A stretch of 64,000 nucleotides of DNA from an uncultured Gemmatimonadaceae bacterium (GCA_963781585.1 CAWAGQ010000007.1:1-64000), one strand, 5' to 3'; counted from the stretch's first letter, positions 19,218 to 29,485 are shown. The notes: generated by a model from the sequence alone, not told the origin. Numbers and translations are program-made.

Positions 19218-20183
19218 ATGGCCCCTCCTCGCGTCTTCTCCGCCGCCTGTGCCATGGCCGCATTCGTGGCGGCGTGTCAGCGGCAGCCGGCTGACGAGCA
19301 CCTGGACCACATGTCGCCGGGTGACGTGGCCGCACCCGCCGCCGTTCCCGGCACCGACCAGGGAAGGATGGACCTCCCCGCGAGCGATCAGCACGCGGCC
19401 GCCCGCCTGAACGCGAGTCCGCGCCATGGCGAATGGGTGAAGATCGCCTGGGAGCCCGGTTCGAGCGACTCCCTCATGGCGTGGATCGTCTATCCCGTCA
19501 CGTCGAATCCGAAGACGCCGGTGGTCGTGGTGGTACACGAGATCTACGGGCTCTCCACCTGGGTGCGCGCGGTGGCCGACCAGGTCGCAGCCGAGGGATT
19601 TATCGCCATCGCGCCCGACCTGGTGTCGCGGGCGCGGGGTGGGCCGAGCACCGTGGAGTTGTCGAGACAGGAGGCGAGCGCGCTCATCAGAGGGGTGGAT
19701 GGCAACGAGCGCACCCGCGGCATCGATGCGGCGGCGCGCTACGCGATGTCACAGCCCTCGGCGGCACAACGATACGCGATTATCGGATTCTGCTGGGGCG
19801 GCACCACGACCTTCCTGCACGTCATCAACGGCGGCGTCAACGGATTCGTGGGCGGCGTGGCGTTCTACGGACTGCCGCCCTTCAACGGCCAGGTGCCTGA
19901 CGCGGACTCGCTGGCGAAGATCAGGACGCCGGTGATGCTGCTGAGCGGTGCCAAGGATGCGCGCATCAGCGCGGGCATGCCGGCGCTCGATTCAGCGATG
20001 AAGGCCATGCACAAGGACTATTTCGGCAGGAATTACGACGGGGCGATCCACGGCTTCATGCGCGCCCAGGACGACTCCACCACGCCGCCGCGACCCGAGG
20101 AACAAGCGGCCAACCTTGCCGCGGCGAAGGACGCCTGGCCGCGGACGGTGGCGTTCCTGAAGGATCATCTCGGGGGAAAGTAG
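19218..20183 (+). CDS. Dienelactone hydrolase family lipoprotein
   Basis: VAAC lipobox, HEIYGL, GFCWGG nucleophile motif, HGF. Confidence 0.9.
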   Translation: MAPPRVFSAACAMAAFVAACQRQPADEHLDHMSPGDVAAPAAVPGTDQGRMDLPASDQHAAARLNASPRHGEWVKIAWEPGSSDSLMAWIVYPVTSNPKTPVVVVVHEIYGLSTWVRAVADQVAAEGFIAIAPDLVSRARGGPSTVELSRQEASALIRGVDGNERTRGIDAAARYAMSQPSAAQRYAIIGFCWGGTTTFLHVINGGVNGFVGGVAFYGLPPFNGQVPDADSLAKIRTPVMLLSGAKDARISAGMPALDSAMKAMHKDYFGRNYDGAIHGFMRAQDDSTTPPRPEEQAANLAAAKDAWPRTVAFLKDHLGGK

Positions 20184-20184
20184 A

Positions 20185-20260
20185 TCAGCTGGCAGCGGTC
20201 AGCTGGCAGCGGTCAGCTGGCAGCGTTCTGACCTCCGACTGCTATTTGCTGACCGCTGCC
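20185..20260. repeat. Tandem 14-bp repeat TCAGCTGGCAGCGG (x3) plus an inverted copy; likely hairpin between convergent genes
   Basis: Three direct copies are followed by GCTGACCGCTGC, the reverse complement of GCAGCGGTCAGC. Confidence 0.7.
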
Positions 20261-20265
20261 TCTAT

Positions 20266-21597
20266 TCACTTCCACGCAATTCTGTACTGCTTGATCCGCG
20301 CCACGTCGTTCTCGTCGTACGCCACCGCCCACAGCTGGTCGCCGCGGCGCGCGACGGTGGACACGCGCGCGGGAATCCGGACCTGGCCCAGGTAGGTGCC
20401 GTCGCGCTCGAACACGTCGTACAGCGCGGGATGGGGTTCTTCTTCGTCACGCGACGTGAGCGTGCTGCGCGGCCGGCCCTGTCCCTTGAACCCGGCGCCC
20501 ATTGGCCCGGAGGAATTGACCGAACCGATCCGCGGCGAAACCTCGGGCACAACGGCGACCCACACGCGCCCGTCGTCCCCAACAGAGAGATTGTCATAGT
20601 ACGACTTCGTGTCGGGGATGTCCGGCCCGTTCCAGCTCCACGACGGATCGGTCTGGCGCAGCGACTCCTCCACCCGCTGGCGAGCCGCGTTGCGCTCCTC
20701 CCGGGTCACCCGCTCGGGCTTCGCATCAGCGCGCCGGATGCTCACCACCGGCCGCCGCGGCTCGTGCAGCTCGAACGCATAACGATTGGGCAGGCCGGTC
20801 ACGAAGTAGCCGAACGGGCTGATCGCCGACACAGGACGCGGCTCGAACGGCACCCCTGCCGAGGATATCGCATGGCCGCCATTCGCCGTGGCCACGAGCT
20901 GATGCGGCATAGCCTCCGGCAGCGGCGGTACGACTGTGTCGATGGCTGAGCCGTCGGCGCGATATCGCACCCACACCGTCGCGAATCCACCGGTCGGCGA
21001 TCGCCGGCTGAACAGCGTGCGGCGCGTCCAGATCACTCCGGTCGTGTCGACGGCCAGGGCGCGCGAGTAGGTCGCTACGCTGCTTCCACTCGACCCGCTG
21101 GGGGTGGTCAGCTGCGTGATGTAGTCGCCCACCTCCGAATAGACGTTGATCCGCCAGTTCCCCGTGTCCCACAACAGGAGGCGCCCGTCGGGCGCGAGCG
21201 CGATGCCCGACGCCGAGCCGTACTCGCCGGGGCCCTGTCCCTTTCGACCGATGTTCCGGACGTAGCGCCCCTGAGCGTCGTACAGGCGGACCACGGGAAC
21301 CTGGCGGTCGTAGACGTACATCGATCCGTCGCGTCCCACCGCGAGGTCGGCCACGTCGCCGAACATGTACTCGTCCTTGCCGGTCTCCACACCGACGCTC
21401 ACCTCCTGGACGAGCTCCGCGATTCCGGCGTGCACGGGCTTACCGGCCACCCTGACCACCGTGTCAGCGGCGTGAACCTGAAGGGCGCGGGCGCTCGGAC
21501 CGGGTGCGAAGGCACTCGCGAAAGAAAGGGCGAGCGCGGTCGGCGCCGGGAAGACGCGGCCTGCACGTCGATGCATCGAGAGGAAGGTTGGTTGCAT
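20266..21597 (-). CDS. Secreted 6-bladed beta-propeller (NHL-like) protein
   Basis: IGRKGQGPGEY, DGSMYVYD and YDVFERDGTYLG motifs. Start is 21597 or 21576. Confidence 0.8.
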   Translation of the reverse strand: MQPTFLSMHRRAGRVFPAPTALALSFASAFAPGPSARALQVHAADTVVRVAGKPVHAGIAELVQEVSVGVETGKDEYMFGDVADLAVGRDGSMYVYDRQVPVVRLYDAQGRYVRNIGRKGQGPGEYGSASGIALAPDGRLLLWDTGNWRINVYSEVGDYITQLTTPSGSSGSSVATYSRALAVDTTGVIWTRRTLFSRRSPTGGFATVWVRYRADGSAIDTVVPPLPEAMPHQLVATANGGHAISSAGVPFEPRPVSAISPFGYFVTGLPNRYAFELHEPRRPVVSIRRADAKPERVTREERNAARQRVEESLRQTDPSWSWNGPDIPDTKSYYDNLSVGDDGRVWVAVVPEVSPRIGSVNSSGPMGAGFKGQGRPRSTLTSRDEEEPHPALYDVFERDGTYLGQVRIPARVSTVARRGDQLWAVAYDENDVARIKQYRIAWK

Positions 21598-21932
21598 GGC
21601 GCGTGTTGCGCGATGGAATTCCAGCGGAAAGTCCACAGCGGTGCGGCGTGGGGCCTCTGACCTCTGGTTCCGCGTGTCTTCCGTCACCCCCTGGGTCGCT
21701 AACGGTTGCTCCGGCGGTGGACAGCTAGCCGTAAAACTCAGTTGGCGGACGCCCAGATTCGTGCTATCCCCGTTATCTGGCTGAGTCTGGCCGGAGACCC
21801 CAGCTTCGCGCTGCTCCGCCGGTCGGCCGGGACCGAACCCGGCATCGAGACCGGCCTCCCGTTCCCAAAGAGATTGCGGGCGCCCACCTGGCCACCGATA
21901 CTGGTGTGCCCCCGCGACCGGTCGAGGACAAC

Positions 21933-24365
21933 ATGCAGGATGTGCGATACGCCCTTCGCAGTCTCCGCCGGTCGCCTGGGTTCGCGGCCGTCACGATCCT
22001 CACGCTCGCGCTGGGCATCGGCGCCAACACCGCGATCTTCAGCGTCGTGCACGCGATGCTGCTGGCGCCTTTGCCGTACCGCGATCCGTCGCAGCTGGTC
22101 TTCGTCTGGTCGGACCTCTCGTCGGCAGGGTATCCGCGGGCGCCGCTGTCGGGTCCGGAACTGAAGGATCTGCGCGATCGCGCCACGGTCTTCTCGGAGT
22201 TCGGCGCGATCTGGGCCACGACCGGAGCGCTCACCGGAGAGGGCGACCCGGAGCAGCTGCGCGTCGGTCTGGTGACCAGCAACTACTTCTCGATGCTGGG
22301 CGCCCAGGCCGCGTACGGCCGGACGTTCTCCGCCGATGACGAGTCGCCGGCCGCTCCGCGCGCCGTCCTTCTCGGGTGGCCCCTCTGGCAGCGCCGGTTC
22401 GCCGGCGATCCCGGCATCGTCGGCCGGCAGATCCACGTGAACGGCGGGGCAGTGACGGTCATCGGTGTCATGCCCGAGTCATTCCGGCTGTTGATGCCGC
22501 CGGACGCCAATGTCCCCGACGATCTGGAAATGTGGACGCCGCTCAACCCGAACGCCCTCACGCGTGGCGCGCGCGGACAGAAGTACCTCCGCGTCGTCGG
22601 CCGCATGAGCCCGGGAGTAACCATCGAGCAGGCGCGACGCGACATCGACCAGGTGGGCGCCGCGATCTCGCGCGAGTTCGCGGACTACGGAGGCGCGGGT
22701 CGCCAATTCACGACCGTCGGACTCCAGGCCGATGACGTACGCCAGCTCCGGCCGATGCTGCTCGCGCTGTTCGGCGGCGTGGCAATTCTGCTCATGATCG
22801 CGTGCGTGAACGTGGCCAGCCTGCTCGTCGCGCGGGCGGCGAGCCGTACCCGCGAGACGGCGGTGCGCATCGCCCTTGGCGCGGGCGTGCGGCGGCTGGC
22901 GCGCCAGTGTCTCGCCGAGGGACTCGTGCTCGCGGGGCTCGGCACGGTGGTGGGGCTGGCGGTTGGGTACCTGAGCCTCCGCACACTGCTCGCCTGGCGG
23001 CCCGAGAGCCTGAGCCGGCTTGGGCTGGCCACCATAGACGGACCGGTGCTCGCCTTCACGATCGTGACCTCCGTGATCTGGGGCCTGCTGTTCTCGCTCG
23101 CGCCCGTGGCCGAGGCGACGCGCACCGACGTGTCCGTCGCGCTGCAGCAGGACGGCCGGAGGGCTGGCGGCGCCATTCATCATCGCATCCGGTCGGCGCT
23201 GGTTGTGCTGCAGATCGCGCTCAGCGTGGTGCTGGTGGTTGGTGCATCGCTGCTGGTTCGCACCTTCCTCGGCGTCAGGCGCGTTGATCCCGGTTTTCGC
23301 AGTGAGCACGTGCTGTCACTCAAGATCTCGCTGCCCGGCGGACGTTACGGCGATCCGCAGCGATTCAACGAATTCGGCCGGCGGTTGCAGACAGAGTTGG
23401 CTACCCTGCCCAGTGTGACGGGCGTGGGCAGTGTGAGCCACATGCCGTACGACAACGTGCCGAACTGGGGAGGCCCGTACCTGTCGCGGCGCGGCCAGGA
23501 CGAATCGCAGGCGCCGTTCGCCGACAATCGAGCGGTGAGCCCAGGGTACTTTGAGACCGTGGGCGCACAACTCGTGGAAGGCCGGTTCTTCACCGAGGCC
23601 GACGACGAGCGTCAGTCGCCGGTCGTGATCGTCGACGATCAGCTGGCGAATCGGTCGTGGCCGGGGGAGAGCGCGATCGGCAAGGAGATCGTGGCCGACC
23701 CGTTCGTGACCGGACATCCGGTCTTCCGGGCAACGGTGGTTGGTGTGATACGACACGTGCGGCACCGGAGTCTGCTCGAGAACCTCACCGATCAGGTCTT
23801 CTTTGCCGAACGGCAGGTGCAGCGCAATCCCATGGCGTACGTGGTGCGGACAAGGGGAGATCCGGCGTCGGTCGCACCGGCCATACGCCGGACCGTGAAC
23901 GTACTCGATCCCTTGCTACCGGTCTACGACGTGCGACCGTTGTCCGACTACGTGGTGGGCGCGCGTGCCGCGCAGCGCTTCACGTCGATCGTCGCGGCGG
24001 CCTTCGCGTCGCTGGCGCTTCTGCTGGCGTCGGTGGGCGTGTACGGTGTGATCGCGTATGCCACCATGCGCCGGCGCTATGAATTCGGGGTGCGGCAGGC
24101 GCTCGGTGCGCGTCCGGCGCAGGTGTTGTCGCTGGTGTTGCGGGAAGGCGCCGCGTTGACCGCGATTGGCCTGGCCATCGGCGTCGCGGGTGCCGCGCTC
24201 TACGCGAGGGCGCTCCGCAACCAGCTGTACGGCGTTGGGGTGACCGATGCCGCGAGCTATCTGATCGCGGCGGCGGTCATCGGGCTGGTGGCGTTGCTGG
24301 CCTGCTGGCTGCCCGCGCGGCGCGCGTCGGCCGTGAGCCCGCTGGTGGCGATGAAGAGCGAGTGA
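21933..24365 (+). CDS. ADOP-type duplicated ABC permease
   Basis: MQDVRYALRSLRRSPGF...GIGANTAIFS, two FtsX repeats, PARRAS; GAGG RBS. Confidence 0.92.
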   Translation: MQDVRYALRSLRRSPGFAAVTILTLALGIGANTAIFSVVHAMLLAPLPYRDPSQLVFVWSDLSSAGYPRAPLSGPELKDLRDRATVFSEFGAIWATTGALTGEGDPEQLRVGLVTSNYFSMLGAQAAYGRTFSADDESPAAPRAVLLGWPLWQRRFAGDPGIVGRQIHVNGGAVTVIGVMPESFRLLMPPDANVPDDLEMWTPLNPNALTRGARGQKYLRVVGRMSPGVTIEQARRDIDQVGAAISREFADYGGAGRQFTTVGLQADDVRQLRPMLLALFGGVAILLMIACVNVASLLVARAASRTRETAVRIALGAGVRRLARQCLAEGLVLAGLGTVVGLAVGYLSLRTLLAWRPESLSRLGLATIDGPVLAFTIVTSVIWGLLFSLAPVAEATRTDVSVALQQDGRRAGGAIHHRIRSALVVLQIALSVVLVVGASLLVRTFLGVRRVDPGFRSEHVLSLKISLPGGRYGDPQRFNEFGRRLQTELATLPSVTGVGSVSHMPYDNVPNWGGPYLSRRGQDESQAPFADNRAVSPGYFETVGAQLVEGRFFTEADDERQSPVVIVDDQLANRSWPGESAIGKEIVADPFVTGHPVFRATVVGVIRHVRHRSLLENLTDQVFFAERQVQRNPMAYVVRTRGDPASVAPAIRRTVNVLDPLLPVYDVRPLSDYVVGARAAQRFTSIVAAAFASLALLLASVGVYGVIAYATMRRRYEFGVRQALGARPAQVLSLVLREGAALTAIGLAIGVAGAALYARALRNQLYGVGVTDAASYLIAAAVIGLVALLACWLPARRASAVSPLVAMKSE

Positions 24366-24435
24366 GGCGTGATGCGGCACGCACGGATCCGGGCGAGCAG
24401 GGTCCGTCGTACGCGATGTCACCCGGTCCGCCTGA

Positions 24436-24825
24436 CTACGCCGCTACAACCTCGATGTCGTACGACCGGAACGTTCGGTCCGCGGTCATGATCGGAAGGT
24501 CTTCCAATTGCGCTTGCGCGACGAGCAATCGATCGAACGGATCACGATGATGCGGAGGGAGCGACGCCACTCGCAGTGCGTGGCGGTGGTGGACCGGCAG
24601 CGGCGTGACTCCCGTGCGGAGCATCAGGCCCGGGATGTACTCCTCCGGCGGCTCGGGAAGCGTGAGCTTGCCGAGGCCGTGCTTGATCGCGATCTCCCAT
24701 GCACTGGCCGCCGAGAGGAGCAACTCGTTCTCGGCGGCGGCGACGACTGCGCGGCTCTTCCGGGACAACCGTTCCGGTGCGGCGAGCATCCAGAGCCACA
24801 CCTGGGTATCGAGCAGGAGCCTCAC
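24436..24825 (-). CDS. vapC: VapC-type PIN-domain toxin
   Basis: LLLDT, SAWEIAIK, HRDPFDRLL and TAD acidic motifs; GTGA overlap with the antitoxin gene. Confidence 0.92.
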   Translation of the reverse strand: MRLLLDTQVWLWMLAAPERLSRKSRAVVAAAENELLLSAASAWEIAIKHGLGKLTLPEPPEEYIPGLMLRTGVTPLPVHHRHALRVASLPPHHRDPFDRLLVAQAQLEDLPIMTADRTFRSYDIEVVAA

Positions 24826-25070
24826 GTCGCGAAGGCGTCGAGCACGTCCGCCGGGAGCGGCGCGTCAAAGTCGTCCGGCACGACGAACCGACCCCGCTCG
24901 GTCCCCAGCGGGCGTGCGGTATCGGACCGGGTGACCGGCACGAGGCGCGCGATCGGCGTGCCCGCGCGCGCGATGATCACCTCATACCCTTCGGCGGCGC
25001 GCTCGAGCAGCTGCGACAGATGCGTCTTGGCCTCGTGGACGTTGTAGGTAGTCTGTCGGCGCGGCTTCAT
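24822..25070 (-). CDS. Phd/YefM family antitoxin
   Basis: NVHEAKTHLSQLL...EVIIARAGTPIARLVP...DDFDAPLP. Confidence 0.92.
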   Translation of the reverse strand: MKPRRQTTYNVHEAKTHLSQLLERAAEGYEVIIARAGTPIARLVPVTRSDTARPLGTERGRFVVPDDFDAPLPADVLDAFAT

Positions 25071-25076
25071 GCGGCG

Positions 25077-25105
25077 AACTTAGCTAAGTCATCGGACTAA
25101 GTCAA
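25077..25105 (-). promoter_or_regulatory. Sigma70-type promoter with autoregulatory operator of the phd-vapC module
   Basis: Minus strand reads TTGACT-17 nt-TAAGTT-6 nt-ATG. It overlaps the palindrome ACTTAGCTAAGT and the repeated GACTTAG. Confidence 0.7.
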
Positions 25106-25194
25106 GCGATGCGACTGGCCGCGCCGCGCCGATCTTCGGGGGATCGTGCTCGTCGGCTGACCGATCGTCCCCGGACTCTGCTGGCGGCGCTCGC

Positions 25195-25797
25195 CTAATC
25201 CGCACAGCGATCGGCCCTCACGGGATCCACGGCAAACGCCTGGCCGGGGAAGGTCACGTCCCACCCGGGCGAGTCCCTCGGAACAAAGTCGGGCGTCTCT
25301 CCCATGGTGAACCTGCCCACGCCGTCAAACGGCCATATCCCCTGCAAAGTACTATCCCGTTGTGCAGAGTTACTGCCGCCGTGGAACGCCGCCGAGTCGA
25401 CAGCGACAAGAAGAATCCCGTCGTCGTCGAAGGGAGTCCATACCAATGTCGTTGTGTCGGCTGGACCGAATACGCGCAGCGTCCAGGATTCCGGAAACGT
25501 CAAACACGCCGACCGGGTGTTCACTTCCCCCACCACACGGAAGCCCTCTATTGGTTGAGGGACCGCAAAGGTCAAGACGAATGCTCGAACTTCGATCGTC
25601 CGGCAGCCTGCACCATCACACAGCGCGCTCTTCACCAGAACCGTGGGCCGGACGTTTGCTGGCGCTGTTGGCTGCGAGCACGCAACGGCGACCGCGGCCA
25701 TCAACACGAGGGATCGAGATGCGCGACAGCACATCGACCGCCGCCCGCTCCGAGAATGATGACGATCCTGCGCCTCACGAGGTGTGATCACGGACAT
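25195..25797 (-). CDS. Hypothetical lipoprotein (start uncertain)
   Basis: AVAC lipobox followed by SQPTAP; several Cys; no family recognised. Confidence 0.55.
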   Translation of the reverse strand: MSVITPREAQDRHHSRSGRRSMCCRASRSLVLMAAVAVACSQPTAPANVRPTVLVKSALCDGAGCRTIEVRAFVLTFAVPQPIEGFRVVGEVNTRSACLTFPESWTLRVFGPADTTTLVWTPFDDDGILLVAVDSAAFHGGSNSAQRDSTLQGIWPFDGVGRFTMGETPDFVPRDSPGWDVTFPGQAFAVDPVRADRCAD

Positions 25798-26358
25798 ATG
25801 ACGTCAGGCTTGACTGGGCCGTTTGGGGCCATCCGGTTGCACTGATCATCGTCCTTCTCTCCTACGGCGCCCCATGCCTTCGCGCGGAACGCGACGTTGA
25901 TCATCGCATATTGAGCCGCGCGGGCCTTATGAAGCCGGTAGCAAGAGTGTGGACTCCGCCGCAACGCAACCATCGGATGATCTGCTCAGTCTTCGTGCGG
26001 GATTCTTCGACTCGTATGTCGCATTTTGGCCGCCACGCCCTCGCACCTGCCACTGGCTGCCCCCGAGCGCGTCACGCAGCGGAAGCAGGACGGCGAGCGA
26101 TCCATCGTCGGGCAAGGCCGGCACGAGCGAATCACCTCGTTTCATCAACACGAGAGACCTGCTGCCTGCGACGGCCAGATTCGCGGGTCATAGCCGGCAC
26201 CGCAACACCATGATGGCCTTGCGGCGGCGCAGCGACGGCCGGATGCAGCGGCTCGTCCCCGAACCGCGACCCATGCGCTCGTCGTCACGCGGCGACCGGC
26301 CAGTGGCGTCCATCCGGTCGTCCGACTGGTGCAGGCCTCGCGGCAACCCGTGTTGTCG

Positions 26359-26799
26359 TTAGGCGTTCATCCGGTCCAGGGGGTGTCGCCAGCGCACTCC
26401 CGGAAAGCGCGCGAAGTCCCGATCGGTCGTCACCCACTCGCAGCCGTGCTCGATGGCGAGCGCGGCGGGGTACGCGTCGGCGACCAGATTGCCTTTCGCC
26501 GAAGCATCGCGCACGAGGTGCGTGAAAATGTCCCAGTGCCGCGGCCCCGGCTGAACGACCACGCAATTCGGTTGTGTCCGAAGGGCTTCCACGTACGCGA
26601 GCGAACGATCCACGGGAGTGGGCGGGGCGAACACGCGGGGATGCGTGAGCACGCGCACGACACCGCTCAGCACGAGCTCGGAGAGCGCAAAGGCCTCGTG
26701 TGCGCGCACGCGCCCCTGAAGCCAATCGCGGAATTCCGCGTGGCGCGGTGCGTCCTCACGGAATGCGTGAATCAGCACGTTGACGTCGGGCAGGATCAT
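26359..26799 (-). CDS. vapC: VapC-type PIN-domain toxin
   Basis: MILPDVNVLI...GNLVADAY.AALAIEHG...TTDRDFARF; ATGA overlap with the antitoxin gene. Confidence 0.9.
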   Translation of the reverse strand: MILPDVNVLIHAFREDAPRHAEFRDWLQGRVRAHEAFALSELVLSGVVRVLTHPRVFAPPTPVDRSLAYVEALRTQPNCVVVQPGPRHWDIFTHLVRDASAKGNLVADAYPAALAIEHGCEWVTTDRDFARFPGVRWRHPLDRMNA

Positions 26800-27179
26800 G
26801 TCGATCCGCCCGACGACGTGCTCCGGTTGGTCCGCCTGGTACGAGGTTGCGATGCCGAGACAGACGACTCGACACGAGCCGTTGGTGGTTCAGCGACCTT
26901 CGCGACAGTCGGGCTGCCGGACGGGTTGTGCGCAGGACCGGCGACGCTCGGCGCCTCCATCAGCTCCAGGAGCGCGGCGCCGTCATCCACATCGACGCCC
27001 GGCTGCAGCCCCCGTCCCCGGAACGTGGGGAGCTCGACCCTGCGTGTGGACGTCGCTCGCGGCGCAAGGGCCGCGCGGACCGCATCCGCGATGAAGTCAT
27101 TCAGCGAGCGGCCGCTGGCCGCCGCCCGGGCCTTGGCGCGCCGAAGGAGGGCGTCCTCGAGTCGTATGGTGGTCCGCAT
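26796..27179 (-). CDS. vapB: VapB-type ribbon-helix-helix antitoxin with extended C-terminus
   Basis: MRTTIRLEDALLRRAK...SLNDFIADAVR...LPTF...PGVDVDD. Confidence 0.8.
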   Translation of the reverse strand: MRTTIRLEDALLRRAKARAAASGRSLNDFIADAVRAALAPRATSTRRVELPTFRGRGLQPGVDVDDGAALLELMEAPSVAGPAHNPSGSPTVAKVAEPPTARVESSVSASQPRTRRTNRSTSSGGST

Positions 27180-27212
27180 ACATCCAAGTGTCATGGCATG
27201 ACACTTGGATGT
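27180..27212. promoter_or_regulatory. Perfect 16-bp inverted repeat operator abutting the vapB start codon
   Basis: ACATCCAAGTGTCATG-G-CATGACACTTGGATGT; overlaps TGGACA-17 nt-GACACT on the minus strand. Confidence 0.8.
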
Positions 27213-27477
27213 CCACTCGCCCTCCGGTCGCCCCGCTCCCCCCGGCTTCGCGTGGTGACCCCCGTGGCACACCGGGCAGGTCGCCCGGCCGAAGATCAGC
27301 GATACCTGCCCGGGCCGCCTCGCTGGCGCCGGTCGCACGGTTCGCCGAGATTGTCGAACTCCACTGGTCACCCAGCCACGTCCGCGATGCGCGTGGCCGG
27401 TCGAGCCGTCCATGTGGCTCGGCCTCGCGCTCACGCCAATCCGAGTGCTCCATGACTGACGTGTGGCAGCCACCCGC

Positions 27478-29460
27478 ATGACTGATCCGCCGCGGAAGCC
27501 CGCTCCCGCACGCACTTCCCGCCAGCGCTACCTCGGCTTCGTCGAAGACTACAGGCACCGGCGCCTCGATGACGTCCTGAATTCCGAAGCCGACGGGAAG
27601 GCCCTGACTGACGGCGCTGCCAGGGAGGGCCAGCCCCCCGACCTGACGACCGCGGCGGGGGCACCCGCACGCCAGGGCAAGTCCAAACGCCGCACCTACG
27701 TGCGCCAGTATCTCCGCTGGCTCAAGCCGCACCGGTACGCCGTCGGCGCGTTCATCGTGCTCGCCCTGATCGTGGCCGGACTGCAGATGATCGAGCCGCT
27801 GTTCATGCGGTTCATCATCGACCGGGTGCTGCTCAATCCGGCGCTGGACGCGCCATCACGGTTCGCGCGCCTGAACATGGCGGGCGCGGTGTTTCTGGGC
27901 GTGATCGTCCTGTCGAACGGGATCGGCGTCCTCAAGGACTACCGCCAGCGGCTGCTCAACACGCGCGTGATGCTGTCGCTCAGGCGCGCGCTGTTCAACC
28001 GGATGCTGCACCTGCCGCTCCCCACGCTCTACGACATGAAGACCGGCGGCATCCTCTCGCGCCTCACCGGAGACGTCGACACCACCACCGGACTGCTCCA
28101 GATGGCGCTGGTCTCCCCGACGATCTCACTCGTCAGGCTGATCATCGCGGTGGGCATCCTGACGAAGCTGAACTGGCGGCTGGCGCTGATGGCGCTGGCG
28201 ATCATCCCCGGCATCGTGCTGATCAGCTTCACGTTCGCGCGCCGCATCCGGCCCATCTACCGCTCGCTGCGCAAGGACGCGGAACGTATCGACGGGCGCG
28301 TTGGCGAGACGTTCTCGGGCATCCGCGTGGTGCGCGCGTTCCGACAGGAGACACTCGAGCTGCTCGGCTACATGCGCGGGCGACACACCGTGCTGCGGAA
28401 GGAGATGTTCGCCCAGCGGCGCGAGATGGTCCTCTGGGGATCGTGGGGACTGCTGCTCGGCGTGGTGAACGTCGTGATCGTGTGGTACGGCGGATTCCTG
28501 AATCTCCGCGGCGGCGCCTCGATCGGCACGATCATGGCGTTTCAGTGGTACACGTTCCTGCTCCTGAATCCGGTGTGGAACATCGTCAACTCGTTTTCCG
28601 AGCTGCAGCGGTCGCTGGCGGCCATGGAGCGGGTGTTCGACGTGCTGGGGATGGAGGGGGACAAGCCCGACCGCCCCGACGCGCGCGATGCGCCGCCGCT
28701 GGTGCGCGAGATCCGGTTCGAGGACGTGTCGTTCGAATACCGGACGGACGCGCCGGTGGTCCGCGACTTCAACGTCGTTGTGCCGGGTGGGTCGGTGGTG
28801 GCGCTGGTGGGTCGGAGCGGCGCCGGCAAGACCACGGTGACCGATCTGGTGGCGCGGTTCCACGATCCCGGGCAGGGACGGATCCTGCTCAACGGGACCG
28901 ACATCCGGGAGTTCAAGCTCCGGACCTATCGGGACCTGCTGGGCATCGTGCAGCAGGACGTTTTCCTGTTCGACGGGTCGGTGCGCGACAACATCGCCTA
29001 CGGGCGCCACGACGCGACCGACGACGAGGTGATCGACGCCGCGCGGCGCGCCAACGCCGACGAGTTCATCGTCAGGCTCCCCGACGGCTACGACACGTTC
29101 ATCGGCGAGCGCGGCGTGAAGCTCTCGGGCGGGCAGCAGCAGCGACTGGCGATCGCGCGGGCGATTCTCGCGGCGCCGCAGATCCTGATTCTCGACGAGG
29201 CCACGAGCAACCTCGATACCGAGAGCGAACAGCTCATCCAGGCGTCGATGGGCTCGTTGTTCGCGGGGCGCACCACGTTCGTGATCGCTCATCGCCTGTC
29301 GACGATCCGTCGTGCCGATTTGATCCTGCTCATGGATGAGGGACGCGTGATCGAGCGCGGTACGCACGCCGAGCTCATGGACGCGCAGGGCCTCTACCAT
29401 GACATGGTGCGCCGGCAGATGGAGGCGCAGGTCGAGGGTGGGGAAGAGGTGCTGCGGTAG
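27478..29460 (+). CDS. ABC exporter, fused permease/ATPase (MsbA-like)
   Basis: N-terminal TM domain, Walker A GRSGAGKT, LSGGQ, Walker B ILILDE, H-loop IAHRLST. Confidence 0.95.
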   Translation: MTDPPRKPAPARTSRQRYLGFVEDYRHRRLDDVLNSEADGKALTDGAAREGQPPDLTTAAGAPARQGKSKRRTYVRQYLRWLKPHRYAVGAFIVLALIVAGLQMIEPLFMRFIIDRVLLNPALDAPSRFARLNMAGAVFLGVIVLSNGIGVLKDYRQRLLNTRVMLSLRRALFNRMLHLPLPTLYDMKTGGILSRLTGDVDTTTGLLQMALVSPTISLVRLIIAVGILTKLNWRLALMALAIIPGIVLISFTFARRIRPIYRSLRKDAERIDGRVGETFSGIRVVRAFRQETLELLGYMRGRHTVLRKEMFAQRREMVLWGSWGLLLGVVNVVIVWYGGFLNLRGGASIGTIMAFQWYTFLLLNPVWNIVNSFSELQRSLAAMERVFDVLGMEGDKPDRPDARDAPPLVREIRFEDVSFEYRTDAPVVRDFNVVVPGGSVVALVGRSGAGKTTVTDLVARFHDPGQGRILLNGTDIREFKLRTYRDLLGIVQQDVFLFDGSVRDNIAYGRHDATDDEVIDAARRANADEFIVRLPDGYDTFIGERGVKLSGGQQQRLAIARAILAAPQILILDEATSNLDTESEQLIQASMGSLFAGRTTFVIAHRLSTIRRADLILLMDEGRVIERGTHAELMDAQGLYHDMVRRQMEAQVEGGEEVLR

Positions 29461-29485
29461 GTCGCCGCCCGCATGAGCAGGCGCT

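Noticed and set aside
20185..20260. Possible CRISPR array
   Set aside because: Repeats are 14 bp, contiguous and without spacers; no cas genes are present.
25800..26350. Short ORFs between the lipoprotein and vapC
   Set aside because: No RBS, motif or consistent coding pattern in any frame.
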